Assembly (NCBI GenBank): GCA_963798485.1
Contig: CAWCTR010000022.1
Coordinates: 1-64,000 of the forward strand
Direction: 5' to 3'
Source: an uncultured delta proteobacterium
Lineage (GTDB): Bacteria > Desulfobacterota > Desulfomonilia > UBA1062
Length of the DNA: 64,000 nt
The notes under the pieces were generated by a model. It searched no databases, was not told the origin of the DNA, and saw nothing but the letters and a program-made list of their open reading frames with translations. Positions within the stretch are counted from its first letter, which is position 1; every line of letters begins with the position of its first letter. Positions 39,353-49,890 of the stretch are shown piece by piece. Both the position numbers and the translations under genes were made by a program.

Positions 39353-41401
39353 TTAGAGAAGCGTGATAGTTTTCCCTGTTATCTTAACATCACCGAGCTT
39401 CTCAAGATTAGCCACTGCCGTTAAGAACGTCCAAGCGCCGCTTTTACGGACGCCCATCTTGCTCTTGAGTACAGACAAAAGGAGCGTGCCGTGTACCTCA
39501 AGACAAGTACGGATTCTCTCTTCCATCCGGGCTACTTTACCATCAGCGTCTATGGGACTGTGAAGCTTGCGAACCAACAGCTGCCAGTCACAAAAAGCAC
39601 AAGCCATGCGGACTATCTCCAAATCAATCTCTGTCTTCCCAGCATTGACAGCCAGTATAAGCATGAACCTCTTGCAGTTGGTATCTAATCTGATTGAATG
39701 GATTGATTGTTCTAAGGATAAATACCAATCATGGAAGAAGCTATTCGCTTCAGCGGTAAAGCTGAACACTGTGTTATCCCTGATCACAGCTTCGACCATT
39801 GCCCTTAGACGACCTTGTAAGTCAGCCTTAATGACGGGATTGACTGCTGGCGGGTTGGGCTCCCTACGCTTGCTTACTATAGGAACAATAGTGATCCTGT
39901 TTGTCAATCCGATGGACATCATTTCCGAGTCGAACATAGATTCGTATGTATCAATTGTAGACGCTCCAAGCAGAGAAAGATGAGTATTATCAGAACGAAA
40001 ATGGCTCTTTTTTGTGTGGCTCTCATAGCTATTCCCTTCATAGAAAGTATTGATAGCCGTCAGGAGCACACTGCCTTCGATCTTCATCTTCGCTGTCAGG
40101 GCCTTGAATTCGTCCAAGGAAAGCAAAATGTTGATCGGAGACTTAGGGGATATAGACAACTCCTTCCTCTTGTCGCCTATGTAACCCATCATGCCCTCGG
40201 CACTGTTAACGCCTTTGCAGACATTGAATACCTCAAGAGACTCATTGAAGAACTCCTCCGTCTTATCAATCGTAGTAGACTTCCTGGACGAACCAGACTT
40301 ACCAAGGATGAGAGTGTACAACCGTGGGTCTATCTTCTGTTCTGAGTTTATGTGTACATGCCCTGAGATCAAGCTGCCGAGGCATGCGAGGAAACACATA
40401 AACCATGCCTCCCTAGGGGCCTCCATTACCCTGGCATAGAGATCCGCATACTCACCGGCTAACCCTGAGATAACATGAGCAGGGAAGAGGACTTGAGGTG
40501 AATTCTCTTCGTTCTCCTCGGTGCTCTCTACTGATGTGGTATTCAAGCCCTTTCCTTTGTCCCATGGTTCCCGTGGCTCCCGGTCATAGGCTTGCCTGAG
40601 AGTAGCATCTATCTCCTGGTCAGTGTAGGGCTCAGCCTCTCCCTTCGTGTTCGTACCAGGGCAAGTATCCTTGAAGTCTCTCATCACAGGGTATGCCTCA
40701 TCCTTCGTGTATCCGTTGTCTCGGAGTTGAATGGCAAGGCCGAACCCTGCATTATTCCTGCCTTCACCCATTCTTACGCTCTCCAGTGCTTGCGATAGTA
40801 GCAAGCTACTTGCAGGCCTATTACTTTCCAAAATATGCTCCAGGGATGCCCGTGAAGGCTCTCCTTGTGGTAGGTCAGGCTTATCCTTTGATCCTTCGAG
40901 ATACGATCTCAGATCAGTAGGAAGGCTGCTGAACTTGATCAACTCAAGATCCCGTAATTTGGTGTATGGCCTATCAGGATTAGAGCTGTAGAATAAGGCA
41001 TATCCACCATCTCCCTTGATATCCATACCGGGATACAGCTTCCCCAACTCTGCCTTGGACTTGCCGTTCAAGGTGTGAACAAGGAATCCAGGATGCTCAA
41101 CGTACACATGATATCCTCCGCTCGGTGTCTGTATATGCGGATTAAGGCCGAGCTTCCTCATGGTGTCCGGGCCTTCCGGTTGGTCGAAGTCCAATGCTAT
41201 GGCATTGCTGACCTTGCCAGTTATTGCAGCCCATGCACAGCCTTTGTGCTGCTGATTCCACTGCTGTAACTCCTCTACTGTAGGCTTTCGATCCTGGAAT
41301 TCCTTCCAGGGTACGAGAGCCTTCTTACTGCTTGTGTCGGTCGGGATCACCGAGAGGCCAAGCTTGCTAAATGCCTCATCGGGCTTGAGCTGCTTAACCA
41401 T
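39353..41401 (-). CDS. bifunctional primase-polymerase with PriCT and C-terminal helicase-like (DUF3987-like) domain
   Basis: ALVPWKEFQ, ITG...ALDFD, TPSGGYHVY, DIKGDGGY; GRNNAGF; LGKSGSSRKST. Confidence 0.85.
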   Translation of the reverse strand: MVKQLKPDEAFSKLGLSVIPTDTSSKKALVPWKEFQDRKPTVEELQQWNQQHKGCAWAAITGKVSNAIALDFDQPEGPDTMRKLGLNPHIQTPSGGYHVYVEHPGFLVHTLNGKSKAELGKLYPGMDIKGDGGYALFYSSNPDRPYTKLRDLELIKFSSLPTDLRSYLEGSKDKPDLPQGEPSRASLEHILESNRPASSLLLSQALESVRMGEGRNNAGFGLAIQLRDNGYTKDEAYPVMRDFKDTCPGTNTKGEAEPYTDQEIDATLRQAYDREPREPWDKGKGLNTTSVESTEENEENSPQVLFPAHVISGLAGEYADLYARVMEAPREAWFMCFLACLGSLISGHVHINSEQKIDPRLYTLILGKSGSSRKSTTIDKTEEFFNESLEVFNVCKGVNSAEGMMGYIGDKRKELSISPKSPINILLSLDEFKALTAKMKIEGSVLLTAINTFYEGNSYESHTKKSHFRSDNTHLSLLGASTIDTYESMFDSEMMSIGLTNRITIVPIVSKRREPNPPAVNPVIKADLQGRLRAMVEAVIRDNTVFSFTAEANSFFHDWYLSLEQSIHSIRLDTNCKRFMLILAVNAGKTEIDLEIVRMACAFCDWQLLVRKLHSPIDADGKVARMEERIRTCLEVHGTLLLSVLKSKMGVRKSGAWTFLTAVANLEKLGDVKITGKTITLL

Positions 41402-41612
41402 TCTCAATCTCCAACTGCTTCAAAAGGTCTTCAAGCTTCTGCTCGATTTCAATCGGCATAGGGCTTGTCCCACAGAGCATCTGAGAGATGTAGCCACGGG
41501 TAACACCGCAGATCGTGGCAAGCTGCCACATAGACAGGTTGAACTTCCGCAGTCTCTCCTTGAACGGGTGTGCGGTTGGAACAGGAATAACAGTTCTTAA
41601 CATTTGGTGCAT
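41394..41612 (-). CDS. small XRE/Cro-like HTH protein
   Basis: LSMWQLATICGVTRGYISQMLCG; AAAGGAG RBS. Confidence 0.75.
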   Translation of the reverse strand: MHQMLRTVIPVPTAHPFKERLRKFNLSMWQLATICGVTRGYISQMLCGTSPMPIEIEQKLEDLLKQLEIENG

Positions 41613-42139
41613 GGTTCGCTCCTTTGGTAATAATGAGGATGTTAACACGAGGGGTTTAAATAAAGCCCTAGACAAGGGCTTCAGGCCTATTTCCGATCAT
41701 TGCTAAGGGTAGAACGAAAAGCAAACACCTCCTTCACTATAGGATATGGAAAACATACGAACACACTGGTTATCCGTATGAATTGGAACAGGTCAAACTT
41801 CTGGCCTCTTGTGTTGAACTACGATGAATTTAAATTAGGATAAGATTATTTTGATTTACTTTATACTTAACCTATACGATTGAGAAGGCAGATTTGTGTC
41901 AAACAAAATAAATTAAAATGATGGCACCTTATAACTAAACGATATTACATTGATATATCTTCATGTGCGTATTCCGGACCAAAGCGCCCACCGAATATGA
42001 TTCAAGACGCCCAGTGAATATGATCCAAAGCGCCCACTTGTTATGACGAAAGCGCCCACCTAAAAGGGTCTCATGCGACGCTGGATAAATTCCATGAAGA
42101 GCCATGCTACATGCCTAGCCAAAACGGCAAGGAGTGGTG

Positions 42140-43699
42140 ATGGCGAATGTGAGGTTATCCATGCGGAAGATCAAAGAAATACTAAGTTTATGTCTGGGTG
42201 GCGGGATGTCGCCCAGGCATGCGTCACAAAGTTGTGGGATTGGCCGCACCACGATCAGGGAGTACCTGGAAAGGGCAAGGAAAGCTGGTCTATCCTGGCC
42301 CTTGCCCGATGAACTGGACGAGACATCGCTTGAGAACCTGCTGTTCCCCTCCACCGTGCCACTCTCGGCCCAGAGAAGGAACATGCCTTCCTTCGATTAT
42401 CTTCATACGGAGCTCAAGAAAAAGCATGTGACCCTGCAGCTCCTCTGGCATGAATACCGGGATAACAACCCGGACGGCTACCAATACAGCCAGTTCTGCC
42501 TGCGCTACCGGGCCTGGGTTAAGACGCTGGATGTATCGCTGAGGCAAGACTACAAGGCGGGTGAGAAGCTTTTTGTCGACTTCGCCGGCGACACGATCCC
42601 GATCCACGATGAAATGACCGGCGCCATTACCCCAGCCTATCTTTTTGTCGCGACCATGGGAGCCAGCAATTACACCTATGCACAGGCGGTGCTTTCCCAG
42701 GACCTCTACTCCTGGATCAGTCTGCACGTCAAAGCCTTCCAATTCCTGGGCGCTGTTCCCATGATCACGGTCCCGGACAACCTCAAGGCCGGCGTCACCC
42801 GTCCCTGCCGGTATGAACCGGATCTCAACCCCACCTACCAGGATATGGCGGCGCATTATGGCACCACCATCATCCCCGCCAGAGCCGGAAAACCTCGCGA
42901 CAAGGCCAAGGTGGAGTCGGCCGTGCTTATCGCCGAGCGCTGGATCATTGCTGCCTTGAGAAACCACACATTCTTCAGCATAGAGGAACTGAACAAGGCC
43001 ATCCGAGAGAAACTCGTGGAGTTCAACAACCGTCCCCTGCAGAAGATGAAGGTCTCAAGAAAAGAGCTCTTCGAAAGCATTGATAAACCAGCCATGAAGC
43101 CTCTACCGGAGAGTTTCTACGAGTACGCCGAGTGGGAAAAGCACCGGGTGAATATCGACTACCATGTTGAGGTGAAACGCCATTACTACAGCGTCCCTTA
43201 CCAGCTGAAGGGCGAACTGGTCGATGCCCGCATCACCGCAAGAACCGTGGAAATCTTCTTCAAGGGCAAGCGGGTGGCCGCCCATGTAAAGGGGTATGTC
43301 CCCTTCAAGCACACGACACTCCCAGAGCATATGCCCGAGTCTCACCGGCGCTATGTTGCCTGGACCCCTTCACGCATCATCGGATGGGCGGAAAAGACTG
43401 GGCCTTCGACAGGGGCGCTCGCAAAGGAGATCATGGAGAGAAAGACCCATCCCGAGCAAGGCTTCCGGTCATGCCTGGGTATCATCAGGTTGGAAAAGCA
43501 TTACGGAGAAGACCGGCTTGAGGCTGCGTGCGCACGAGCCCTGCTCATGAAGGCCTACTCGTACAAGAGCGTCAAATCGATTCTCGAGAAAAAGCTGGAC
43601 GGCCTGGAACTGCCTCCCGAAAGACCGGCAACTCCCGTCGTGCACGAGAACATCCGCGGCAACCAATACTATACGAAAGGAGAAGATAATGCTTACTGA
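42140..43699 (+). CDS. istA: IS21 transposase
   Basis: LFVDFAG, VPDNLK, PRDKAKVE, HYYSVP. Confidence 0.95.
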   Translation: MANVRLSMRKIKEILSLCLGGGMSPRHASQSCGIGRTTIREYLERARKAGLSWPLPDELDETSLENLLFPSTVPLSAQRRNMPSFDYLHTELKKKHVTLQLLWHEYRDNNPDGYQYSQFCLRYRAWVKTLDVSLRQDYKAGEKLFVDFAGDTIPIHDEMTGAITPAYLFVATMGASNYTYAQAVLSQDLYSWISLHVKAFQFLGAVPMITVPDNLKAGVTRPCRYEPDLNPTYQDMAAHYGTTIIPARAGKPRDKAKVESAVLIAERWIIAALRNHTFFSIEELNKAIREKLVEFNNRPLQKMKVSRKELFESIDKPAMKPLPESFYEYAEWEKHRVNIDYHVEVKRHYYSVPYQLKGELVDARITARTVEIFFKGKRVAAHVKGYVPFKHTTLPEHMPESHRRYVAWTPSRIIGWAEKTGPSTGALAKEIMERKTHPEQGFRSCLGIIRLEKHYGEDRLEAACARALLMKAYSYKSVKSILEKKLDGLELPPERPATPVVHENIRGNQYYTKGEDNAY

Positions 43700-44441
43700 A
43701 CAGACACTGGAAAGACTTTATGCCCTGAGGCTTGTCGGCATGGCGGAAGGGATGAAGGAGCAGATGAAAAGGGCCGACATGGAAGGGCTTAGTTTCGAAG
43801 AGCGTTTCGCCATGCTGGTCGATGCCCAGTATCTTTACCAGGAAAATAAAAGGATGAAGCGCCTCCTGAAAAGCGCCAAGCTGAAGCTCGCAGCCTCTCT
43901 GGAGGATATTGATTACCGGACGCCCAGGGGCCTGGATAAATCGGTCATGATGAGTCTTGGCTCCTGCGAATGGATAAAAAGACGCCGCAACATAATCATT
44001 ACCGGCCCCACCGGCACGGGCAAGACCCACCTTGCCTGCGCGCTGGCACAGAAGGGCTGTAGGGAAGGATTTGGGGCTTTCTATGTGAAGTGCTCGAATC
44101 TCTACTACAGCCTGGCAATCGCGAAGGCTGATGGGAGCTATGCCAAGACCGCCGCAAAGCTGGCAAAAGTGCCAGTTCTCATCCTTGATGACTTCGGTCT
44201 GGCCGCGCTCACCGACCCGGAAAGGAGGGATCTCCTGGACGTGATTGATGACCGGCATGAAACGGCTTCCACCATCGTTACGAGCCAGCTCCCCGTGGAG
44301 CATTGGCATGAGACCATAGGAGACCCGACCATCGCCGACGCCCTGCTTGACAGACTCGTGCACAATGCCCACAGGATTCGTCTGACAGGCAAAGATTCCA
44401 TGCGAAAGAAAAAAACAACGTTTACTCAGGAGGAAAAATAA
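43689..44441 (+). CDS. istB: IS21 ATPase helper
   Basis: GPTGTGKT, LILDDFG, TSQLP, LDRLVH. Confidence 0.95.
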   Translation: MLTEQTLERLYALRLVGMAEGMKEQMKRADMEGLSFEERFAMLVDAQYLYQENKRMKRLLKSAKLKLAASLEDIDYRTPRGLDKSVMMSLGSCEWIKRRRNIIITGPTGTGKTHLACALAQKGCREGFGAFYVKCSNLYYSLAIAKADGSYAKTAAKLAKVPVLILDDFGLAALTDPERRDLLDVIDDRHETASTIVTSQLPVEHWHETIGDPTIADALLDRLVHNAHRIRLTGKDSMRKKKTTFTQEEK

Positions 44442-44578
44442 GAGTAATGAAAATTAAAACCAGCGTCGCCTGACGGCTCCGATTATGGTGGGCGCTTTCA
44501 TCATATTAGGTGGGCACTTTGAATCGGAATAAGTGGGCGCTTTCATCGGAATACGCATTCATGCAAGGATCATAGAGG

Positions 44579-45043
44579 TTACTGGTTAGCCTTGATTATT
44601 GCCGAATCCAACGCTCTCACTACTGAGCTTCTTGACTTCTTAAGCTTTTTGGCAATCTCTTCTTGAGTGAACCCTTCCAGGCCCATTGCCACTGTTGCTT
44701 CTTCGATTCCAGTAAAATAACCACGTGGGAAATCTGCACTTATAAGCTGATTTCCAGTGCGCTTATAGACAGCTGTATGCTTGATGTTATCGGGTACTAA
44801 AGGTTCTACCGGGATGTTTTTCTTCTTTCTGCTGTCCCTTAAAAGATTTCTAGCCACTTCTTTTGCGTAATCAAGCATTGTTTCGGGCCTTATGCTCTCC
44901 TTGGTTCCTAAGATGTTTACCATAGTATCCTGGAGTAGATCCTCAGCATAGTTTTTACTCTTATGGTTAGCCCTTGCAAACCACTCTATCCATGGTCTCA
45001 GTTCCGTATAGAGGATCTCTATGTTCTTATTATCAAGCGCCAT
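44579..45043 (-). CDS. small sigma70/ECF-like factor
   Basis: Region 2-like AEDLLQDT; region 4-like EGFTQEEIAKKLKKSRSSV. Confidence 0.65.
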   Translation of the reverse strand: MALDNKNIEILYTELRPWIEWFARANHKSKNYAEDLLQDTMVNILGTKESIRPETMLDYAKEVARNLLRDSRKKKNIPVEPLVPDNIKHTAVYKRTGNQLISADFPRGYFTGIEEATVAMGLEGFTQEEIAKKLKKSRSSVVRALDSAIIKANQ

Positions 45044-45222
45044 CGTGTAGATTCCTTCTTAAGTTGCAGCTTGGTAGTAATATCAGAAGTTGTGAGCAAG
45101 GTCATTGCATCATTCTTGTTCATGGAATAGCTCCATCGAGCTTTAACGAGCTTAAAAGGTCTCTGGTTGACTATCCAGGAGAAGAGAGGGGGGGCAGTAC
45201 AAGACTGCCCCACAATGAAGAC

Positions 45223-45381
45223 TCAATTGATACCCTTCTCGATGTGACTGATAAAGGGGATTAGGCTGGTATACCTATCAGTCTCTTCGCAGCACATCTC
45301 TTCCAGATAGGTCTTGTAGTCTTGAAGATAGTCCAGTAGAACTTCGGTCTGCTTGCCAGTCAATGTGATTCCGCTTTCCAT
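45223..45381 (-). CDS. small hypothetical protein (52 aa)
   Basis: MESGITLTGKQTEVLLDYLQDYKTYLEEMCCEETDRYTSLIPFISHIEKGIN with AAGGAG RBS; below the ORF track cut-off. Confidence 0.5.
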   Translation of the reverse strand: MESGITLTGKQTEVLLDYLQDYKTYLEEMCCEETDRYTSLIPFISHIEKGIN

Positions 45382-45404
45382 AGTTGCTCCTTCGTAAGTT
45401 TATT

Positions 45405-46430
45405 TTACCCCAACAGTAACCCACAGGGGTTGTTCACTGCATTACCTGCCTGGAAATAGCCCAGGGCCACGGAAACCGTTCTATGACCTGACAGTTCCAT
45501 TGCGAAGCTCAAAGACATACCCTGACGCCCGGATTCCGTCAGGAAGCCTGACCTCAGCGAATGACCGCTGAAGAGTGAAGGATCAAGACCAGCAAGAGAG
45601 GCTCTTTTCTTGACAATGAGAGCAATTGCTTTGTCGGTGATATCCTCCGTGATCTTCCCACCTTTTGTTATACCCCTGAACAGTCTACCGCTGCTGATCT
45701 GCCCCGCCTTAATCCAAGTATTAAGAGCGATTGCCGCACGCCCAAGAATGGGAAGGTTCAGGCCTGCTGATCCATCTTGATCTGTCTTGCTATGACCCAG
45801 GTGAAATACAAAGCCTCCCTCGACTCTGGTAAGATCTTGCAGCCGTGCGCCTGAGATCTCCGCCCGGCGTCTTCCTCCAGAACTCCACCCCATGCAAAGG
45901 ATTGCTCGATCTCGAATACCAGAAAGAGAATCATCACATGTGGAGAGAAGAAGCTCCAGTAAGTCCCTGGTCAAAGCACTCTTCTTCTTCGGCTTCACAC
46001 CATTCTTAACGGCTCCCCTCTTGGCTTTTGATAGTAACGTGCGGACTTCCTTAGAACGGCAGGGATTGTCTACATGGAGGTTTTCATGGGCTGTACTGAG
46101 GCTAGCGATACGACGAGAGACAGTATTCAGTGAATGAGTCCCCGGCTTTGCCTTTACGCCCATTCCGCATAGGGCCTTATCTGTCTGCTCATCTAATCCT
46201 TGAAGATGATCTACAATGAAGCGAATTACCAAAGGGCAGGGAACTGGAAACCCTACCTCATAGCCTGTAGTAATCAGAGCCCAGGCCATGAAATAGCTGC
46301 AATCCTTGCGATATGCGAGAAGGGAATTCTCAGCCGTGCCATTTCGTAAGATCTCTTTCAGCCTTTGTGCTGTATCCTCAGTAATAAGGTCTCTGCTGCT
46401 TCCCTGATTGATGGTCTCTACATCCTGCAT
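45405..46430 (-). CDS. Cre/TnpS-like tyrosine recombinase (resolvase)
   Basis: RDRAIL...SGGRRRAE, HSKTDQ, FSGHSLRSGF, SGH, GYF. Confidence 0.85.
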   Translation of the reverse strand: MQDVETINQGSSRDLITEDTAQRLKEILRNGTAENSLLAYRKDCSYFMAWALITTGYEVGFPVPCPLVIRFIVDHLQGLDEQTDKALCGMGVKAKPGTHSLNTVSRRIASLSTAHENLHVDNPCRSKEVRTLLSKAKRGAVKNGVKPKKKSALTRDLLELLLSTCDDSLSGIRDRAILCMGWSSGGRRRAEISGARLQDLTRVEGGFVFHLGHSKTDQDGSAGLNLPILGRAAIALNTWIKAGQISSGRLFRGITKGGKITEDITDKAIALIVKKRASLAGLDPSLFSGHSLRSGFLTESGRQGMSLSFAMELSGHRTVSVALGYFQAGNAVNNPCGLLLG

Positions 46431-46454
46431 ATGAGCCCCTTTAATGGTTCCTTT

Positions 46455-46487
46455 TTGCTTCCGATAACCAAAGCTTAATGGAAGCAA
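46455..46487. other. lox-like recombination site
   Basis: TTGCTTCCGATAA-ccaaagc-TTAATGGAAGCAA: 13-bp arms (11/13 inverted match), 7-bp spacer. Confidence 0.6.
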
Positions 46488-46583
46488 TCAATGATGATTT
46501 ACATACATCATGTAATCTCAAAAGTCAAGAGCGTAGCAATCATGCTTGTTGCTCAATGGGATGATTGATGGTATACCAATGAC

Positions 46584-46787
46584 ATGAAGAAGCCCTTCAC
46601 CACACGGATAGATGAAGACTTGCTGAACAAGGTCAATGCCCTGGCTTCCATCACGGATCGAAACATCAACGACCTGCTGGAAGAGGCTCTTGCTCTCCTG
46701 CTGGATAAGTTCGGGAGAGAGGATCTTATCCAACAGTTCATGGACATCAAGGTCAAGGCTGCAAAGAAAGCCCCTTCACGGAAATAG
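46584..46787 (+). CDS. ribbon-helix-helix DNA-binding protein
   Basis: KKPFTTRIDEDLLNKVNALA...INDLLEEALALLL. Confidence 0.8.
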   Translation: MKKPFTTRIDEDLLNKVNALASITDRNINDLLEEALALLLDKFGREDLIQQFMDIKVKAAKKAPSRK

Positions 46788-47175
46788 CGAAGCCATCATA
46801 ATGGAGTAGGTCGGTAGAGCTTCGTGATTAACGAGATGGTATCGTTGGTAGGGTTGAGGTCATGAAGGCTCACAGTCGGGCCATTACGGGCTGGGATTTG
46901 CCTTGTAGGGACTGGGAAGATATCATTGCCAAGAGGGAGGGATTGTACAGGCATGAATTCCATGGATTCCTGGCCCTCAGATTGAGGGGGGGGGGGTGGG
47001 TATGCCCGAAAAAAAGGGATGGTAAGCCCCTTGACCACCCTTATGTATCCCTAGCTGTGTGTGCCTGTCTGGAGGTAACCCCAATTTTTAAAAAAATCCT
47101 GATCGAATATCTAACTCCTCAGCAAACCCCAGAGTCATTCCACAGAATACAGTGCTTTGTTATGCTCGTATTTGA

Positions 47176-47799
47176 TTATTTTGCTCGTGCCGCCTCAACA
47201 TAAAGACTTATGTGTTTGTACTCAGGGGATGCCTTGTGAAAGATCTCAAATTCTTTAGACATCCCAGGTGGAAGAGTTTCTGCACTGCCTGTGGAGCCAG
47301 TATCGAGGACGTTTCCGCTGGAGTCCTTATAGAGAGCTTTAATAGTATAGAAATATGCTGTTCTGTCGCCTACATTCTTTACTCTACCCCAGATATGACT
47401 TGAAGATATATCGTTCTTATATTCCCATTTCTGGATCTCCATCTTGCTGACATAATCACTTCTGGTGCCAGAATTATGCATGGACATGCTTATAAGAAAG
47501 ATTCCAAGGAAAATACTTGCTACCGACAACAGCCATCTCGGTTCTTTCCTAATTAGCGCTATGATTCCCGATGAAATGACAACCAAGCAGAATAATGATG
47601 CATGTGTTCTTAGGGCAAGGAAGGCCACAATAATTGCACCTAATGATATGAATTGAAATATAGCCTTCTTATGCTGTCTAGTCACAGTCTCTTTTGAGCT
47701 GTCTTTATGTTCGGGAGTCATTAGCACAAAGCCGCAGTGCGGACATGAAGGTGCTAAGTTAGACATATCATTGTAGCATTCAGGGCATTTGATTAGCAT
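47176..47799 (-). CDS. zinc-ribbon membrane protein with FxLYD-like domain
   Basis: MLIKCPEC...CPHCG, 3 TM segments, GRVKNVG...LYKDSSGNVL...LPPG. Confidence 0.75.
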   Translation of the reverse strand: MLIKCPECYNDMSNLAPSCPHCGFVLMTPEHKDSSKETVTRQHKKAIFQFISLGAIIVAFLALRTHASLFCLVVISSGIIALIRKEPRWLLSVASIFLGIFLISMSMHNSGTRSDYVSKMEIQKWEYKNDISSSHIWGRVKNVGDRTAYFYTIKALYKDSSGNVLDTGSTGSAETLPPGMSKEFEIFHKASPEYKHISLYVEAARAK

Positions 47800-48033
47800 A
47801 GATGTCCTCCTTAATCTTCATATCAGATAGTGTGAACATATAGCGGTTTATGCATTGTATTTCTGAAATTATAGCAGGATGACAGAAGGTAGGCAATGAC
47901 TGTTATTCTAATGCGATACTTAGATATGGCTTTGATGCAGTCTGTATGATAGAACAATATCAATAACTTGTTACGCAACCTTGATTCCACATCAAGAGAT
48001 TGTTGATCACGTTAAATAGAGTGTGGGGGTATC

Positions 48034-48552
48034 ATGGGACTTTTAGATCGTCTATTCGGCTCGAAAAAGAAGATGTATGAGAATACCTTGAAAGACGCCT
48101 CGACTGGTGTCGATTTTGTAATAAAGGGGCTTGCTTTACACCTTTTTTCAGAGAATCAGTTTGCCCAAGATAAGGACAACTCTGCTCCCTTGGTTGTTGC
48201 TGTTGTCAACACTGTTTTCTCAAACCCACCATCAAACGAAATAGGTAGGCTTTTTATTCAAAATCAGCATAATCTTAAGAATGTGAAGCTGGTCATAGAG
48301 AATGCAATTAAGCCCAAGGAAAAACTTAAACAAATAATCACAGACGCAGTAAGAGTTAAATGTATCTTGGAGCATGCTTGGAACCCTAATCTTTCTGGAG
48401 AGGAATTTACTCGGCTCTGTAGTGAGCCTATTGAAAATCTAAAGCGGCTTGGTCTCCTGATTCCTGGCGGCTACACGCCCGACCTCAACACATTCCCGCA
48501 AATTGCATACAACTTCTACCAGGAATGCAGTGCAGGTCAAGATAGCCATTGA
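48034..48552 (+). CDS. hypothetical protein
   Basis: 172-aa ORF, MGLLDRLFG N-terminus. Confidence 0.7.
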   Translation: MGLLDRLFGSKKKMYENTLKDASTGVDFVIKGLALHLFSENQFAQDKDNSAPLVVAVVNTVFSNPPSNEIGRLFIQNQHNLKNVKLVIENAIKPKEKLKQIITDAVRVKCILEHAWNPNLSGEEFTRLCSEPIENLKRLGLLIPGGYTPDLNTFPQIAYNFYQECSAGQDSH

Positions 48553-48605
48553 TCAGAGTGAATCTTACCTAATGCAATAAAGTTGAACTTTACGAGGGAG
48601 TAAGC

Positions 48606-49121
48606 ATGCCTGAATGGCTCAAGGGACTGATCTGGGTATCATTGTTCCTAGTTTGCCTTGGGGCTTTTGGTAAGGCTTTTCACAGTAACATGCTTCTATT
48701 CTTCATATTCTGGCTGCTCTTGCCATTGATTGTGCTTGGGGCTAGGAGTCATAACTTCCTATCTCTGTTAACCCACAAAGGTATAATCTTATTCCAGGGC
48801 TTTTCTATAGGAATTTCTGTCTTAATAGCCGTTGCTCTGTTCGCAAATTACGATGAGCTTAGAGATCACTACGGTAAGCGGCACATAGAAGGATATAGCG
48901 TCAACTACTATGAGGATTCTGATGATGTCGGAAGACCTATTCAAGGTTCTAACATTGATACGAACCACTTCTCTGGGCGAGCTTTAATTTGGCTTAGCGA
49001 GTGGGTTTTCATGGCATTCTGTTTCGGAATCCCTGCCCTCACATGGAAAGCAACAAAACTCACTGTCATTGCATGGGAAGATATCAACTCAATGCAGAAC
49101 AAAGAGAGTATAGGTAAATAA
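48606..49121 (+). CDS. hypothetical 4-TM membrane protein
   Basis: GAGGGAG RBS, hydrophobic segments. Confidence 0.7.
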   Translation: MPEWLKGLIWVSLFLVCLGAFGKAFHSNMLLFFIFWLLLPLIVLGARSHNFLSLLTHKGIILFQGFSIGISVLIAVALFANYDELRDHYGKRHIEGYSVNYYEDSDDVGRPIQGSNIDTNHFSGRALIWLSEWVFMAFCFGIPALTWKATKLTVIAWEDINSMQNKESIGK

Positions 49122-49402
49122 CTAATTACAATTATGAGGAGAAATTATGGGGTTATTTTCTGCTATATTTGGAACACGTGAAGAAAGAACTGTCCGCCCC
49201 GGGTTTAAAAACGTGCAATAATGCCGGGATAAGAGTAAGCAGAAGTAACGGAATAGAAAGCTGCATGTAGTTCATATGATTCCGGAAGGAACTTGAAGAG
49301 TTCCATATAATTCATATAATTCGGGAATTATCCTTATATATCCTATCAATTTCATTACAGTTGTGGTTTGCCTGCCCGAAAGATCAGCAGGAGGTTTGCC
49401 AG

Positions 49403-49822
49403 ATGGAAGTCATCTGTTCGGGCTGCGGGAGGATTTTTGTAAGGAGCCCCAGGCACCCGGACCAGTCTTATTGCTCCAGATCGGAATGCCAGAGGAAGAG
49501 GAAAGCCCGGTGGCAGAAGCAGAAGATGATCACTGATGAGCATTACCGCCTCAATCAGAAGACAAGCCAGGATAAATGGATCAGGAAGAACCCCGGCTAC
49601 TGGAAGAGGTATCGGCAGAGTAAGCCTGAGCAAGCTCAGAGGAACCGCCTGATGCAAATGATAAGGAACAGGCAGAGGAGAAGTCCCCGGCTGATTGCAA
49701 AGATGGACGCGTCAGAAATGAGGAAGGCCCGTCCATATGGGCAGTTTTACCTGGTGCCAGTGATTGCAAAGATGGACGCATTAAAAGTTAACATCTATGG
49801 GATATCAGCGTCTTATCCGTGA
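49403..49822 (+). CDS. IS-borne basic Cys4 zinc-finger-like protein
   Basis: CSGC...YCSRSEC, Arg/Lys-rich helix, AGGAGG RBS. Confidence 0.7.
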   Translation: MEVICSGCGRIFVRSPRHPDQSYCSRSECQRKRKARWQKQKMITDEHYRLNQKTSQDKWIRKNPGYWKRYRQSKPEQAQRNRLMQMIRNRQRRSPRLIAKMDASEMRKARPYGQFYLVPVIAKMDALKVNIYGISASYP

Positions 49823-49890
49823 TTGCAAAGAAGGACTCTATAGTCTTTTTGTCCCCATGTACCTTATCTCTGGGAACAAGGAGGCGTCTC

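Larger units (their letters stand above)
41966..44557 (+). mobile_element. IS21-family element (2592 bp)
   Basis: TGCGTATTCCG...CGGAATACGCA ends, multiple AAAGCGCCCAC subterminal repeats, 6-bp TSD TTCATG. Confidence 0.95.

Noticed and set aside
41981-42062. Regularly spaced AAAGCGCCCAC repeats resembling a mini-CRISPR
   Set aside because: They mirror repeats at 44488-44545 and are the normal subterminal transposase-binding repeats of IS21; spacers are too short and no cas genes are present
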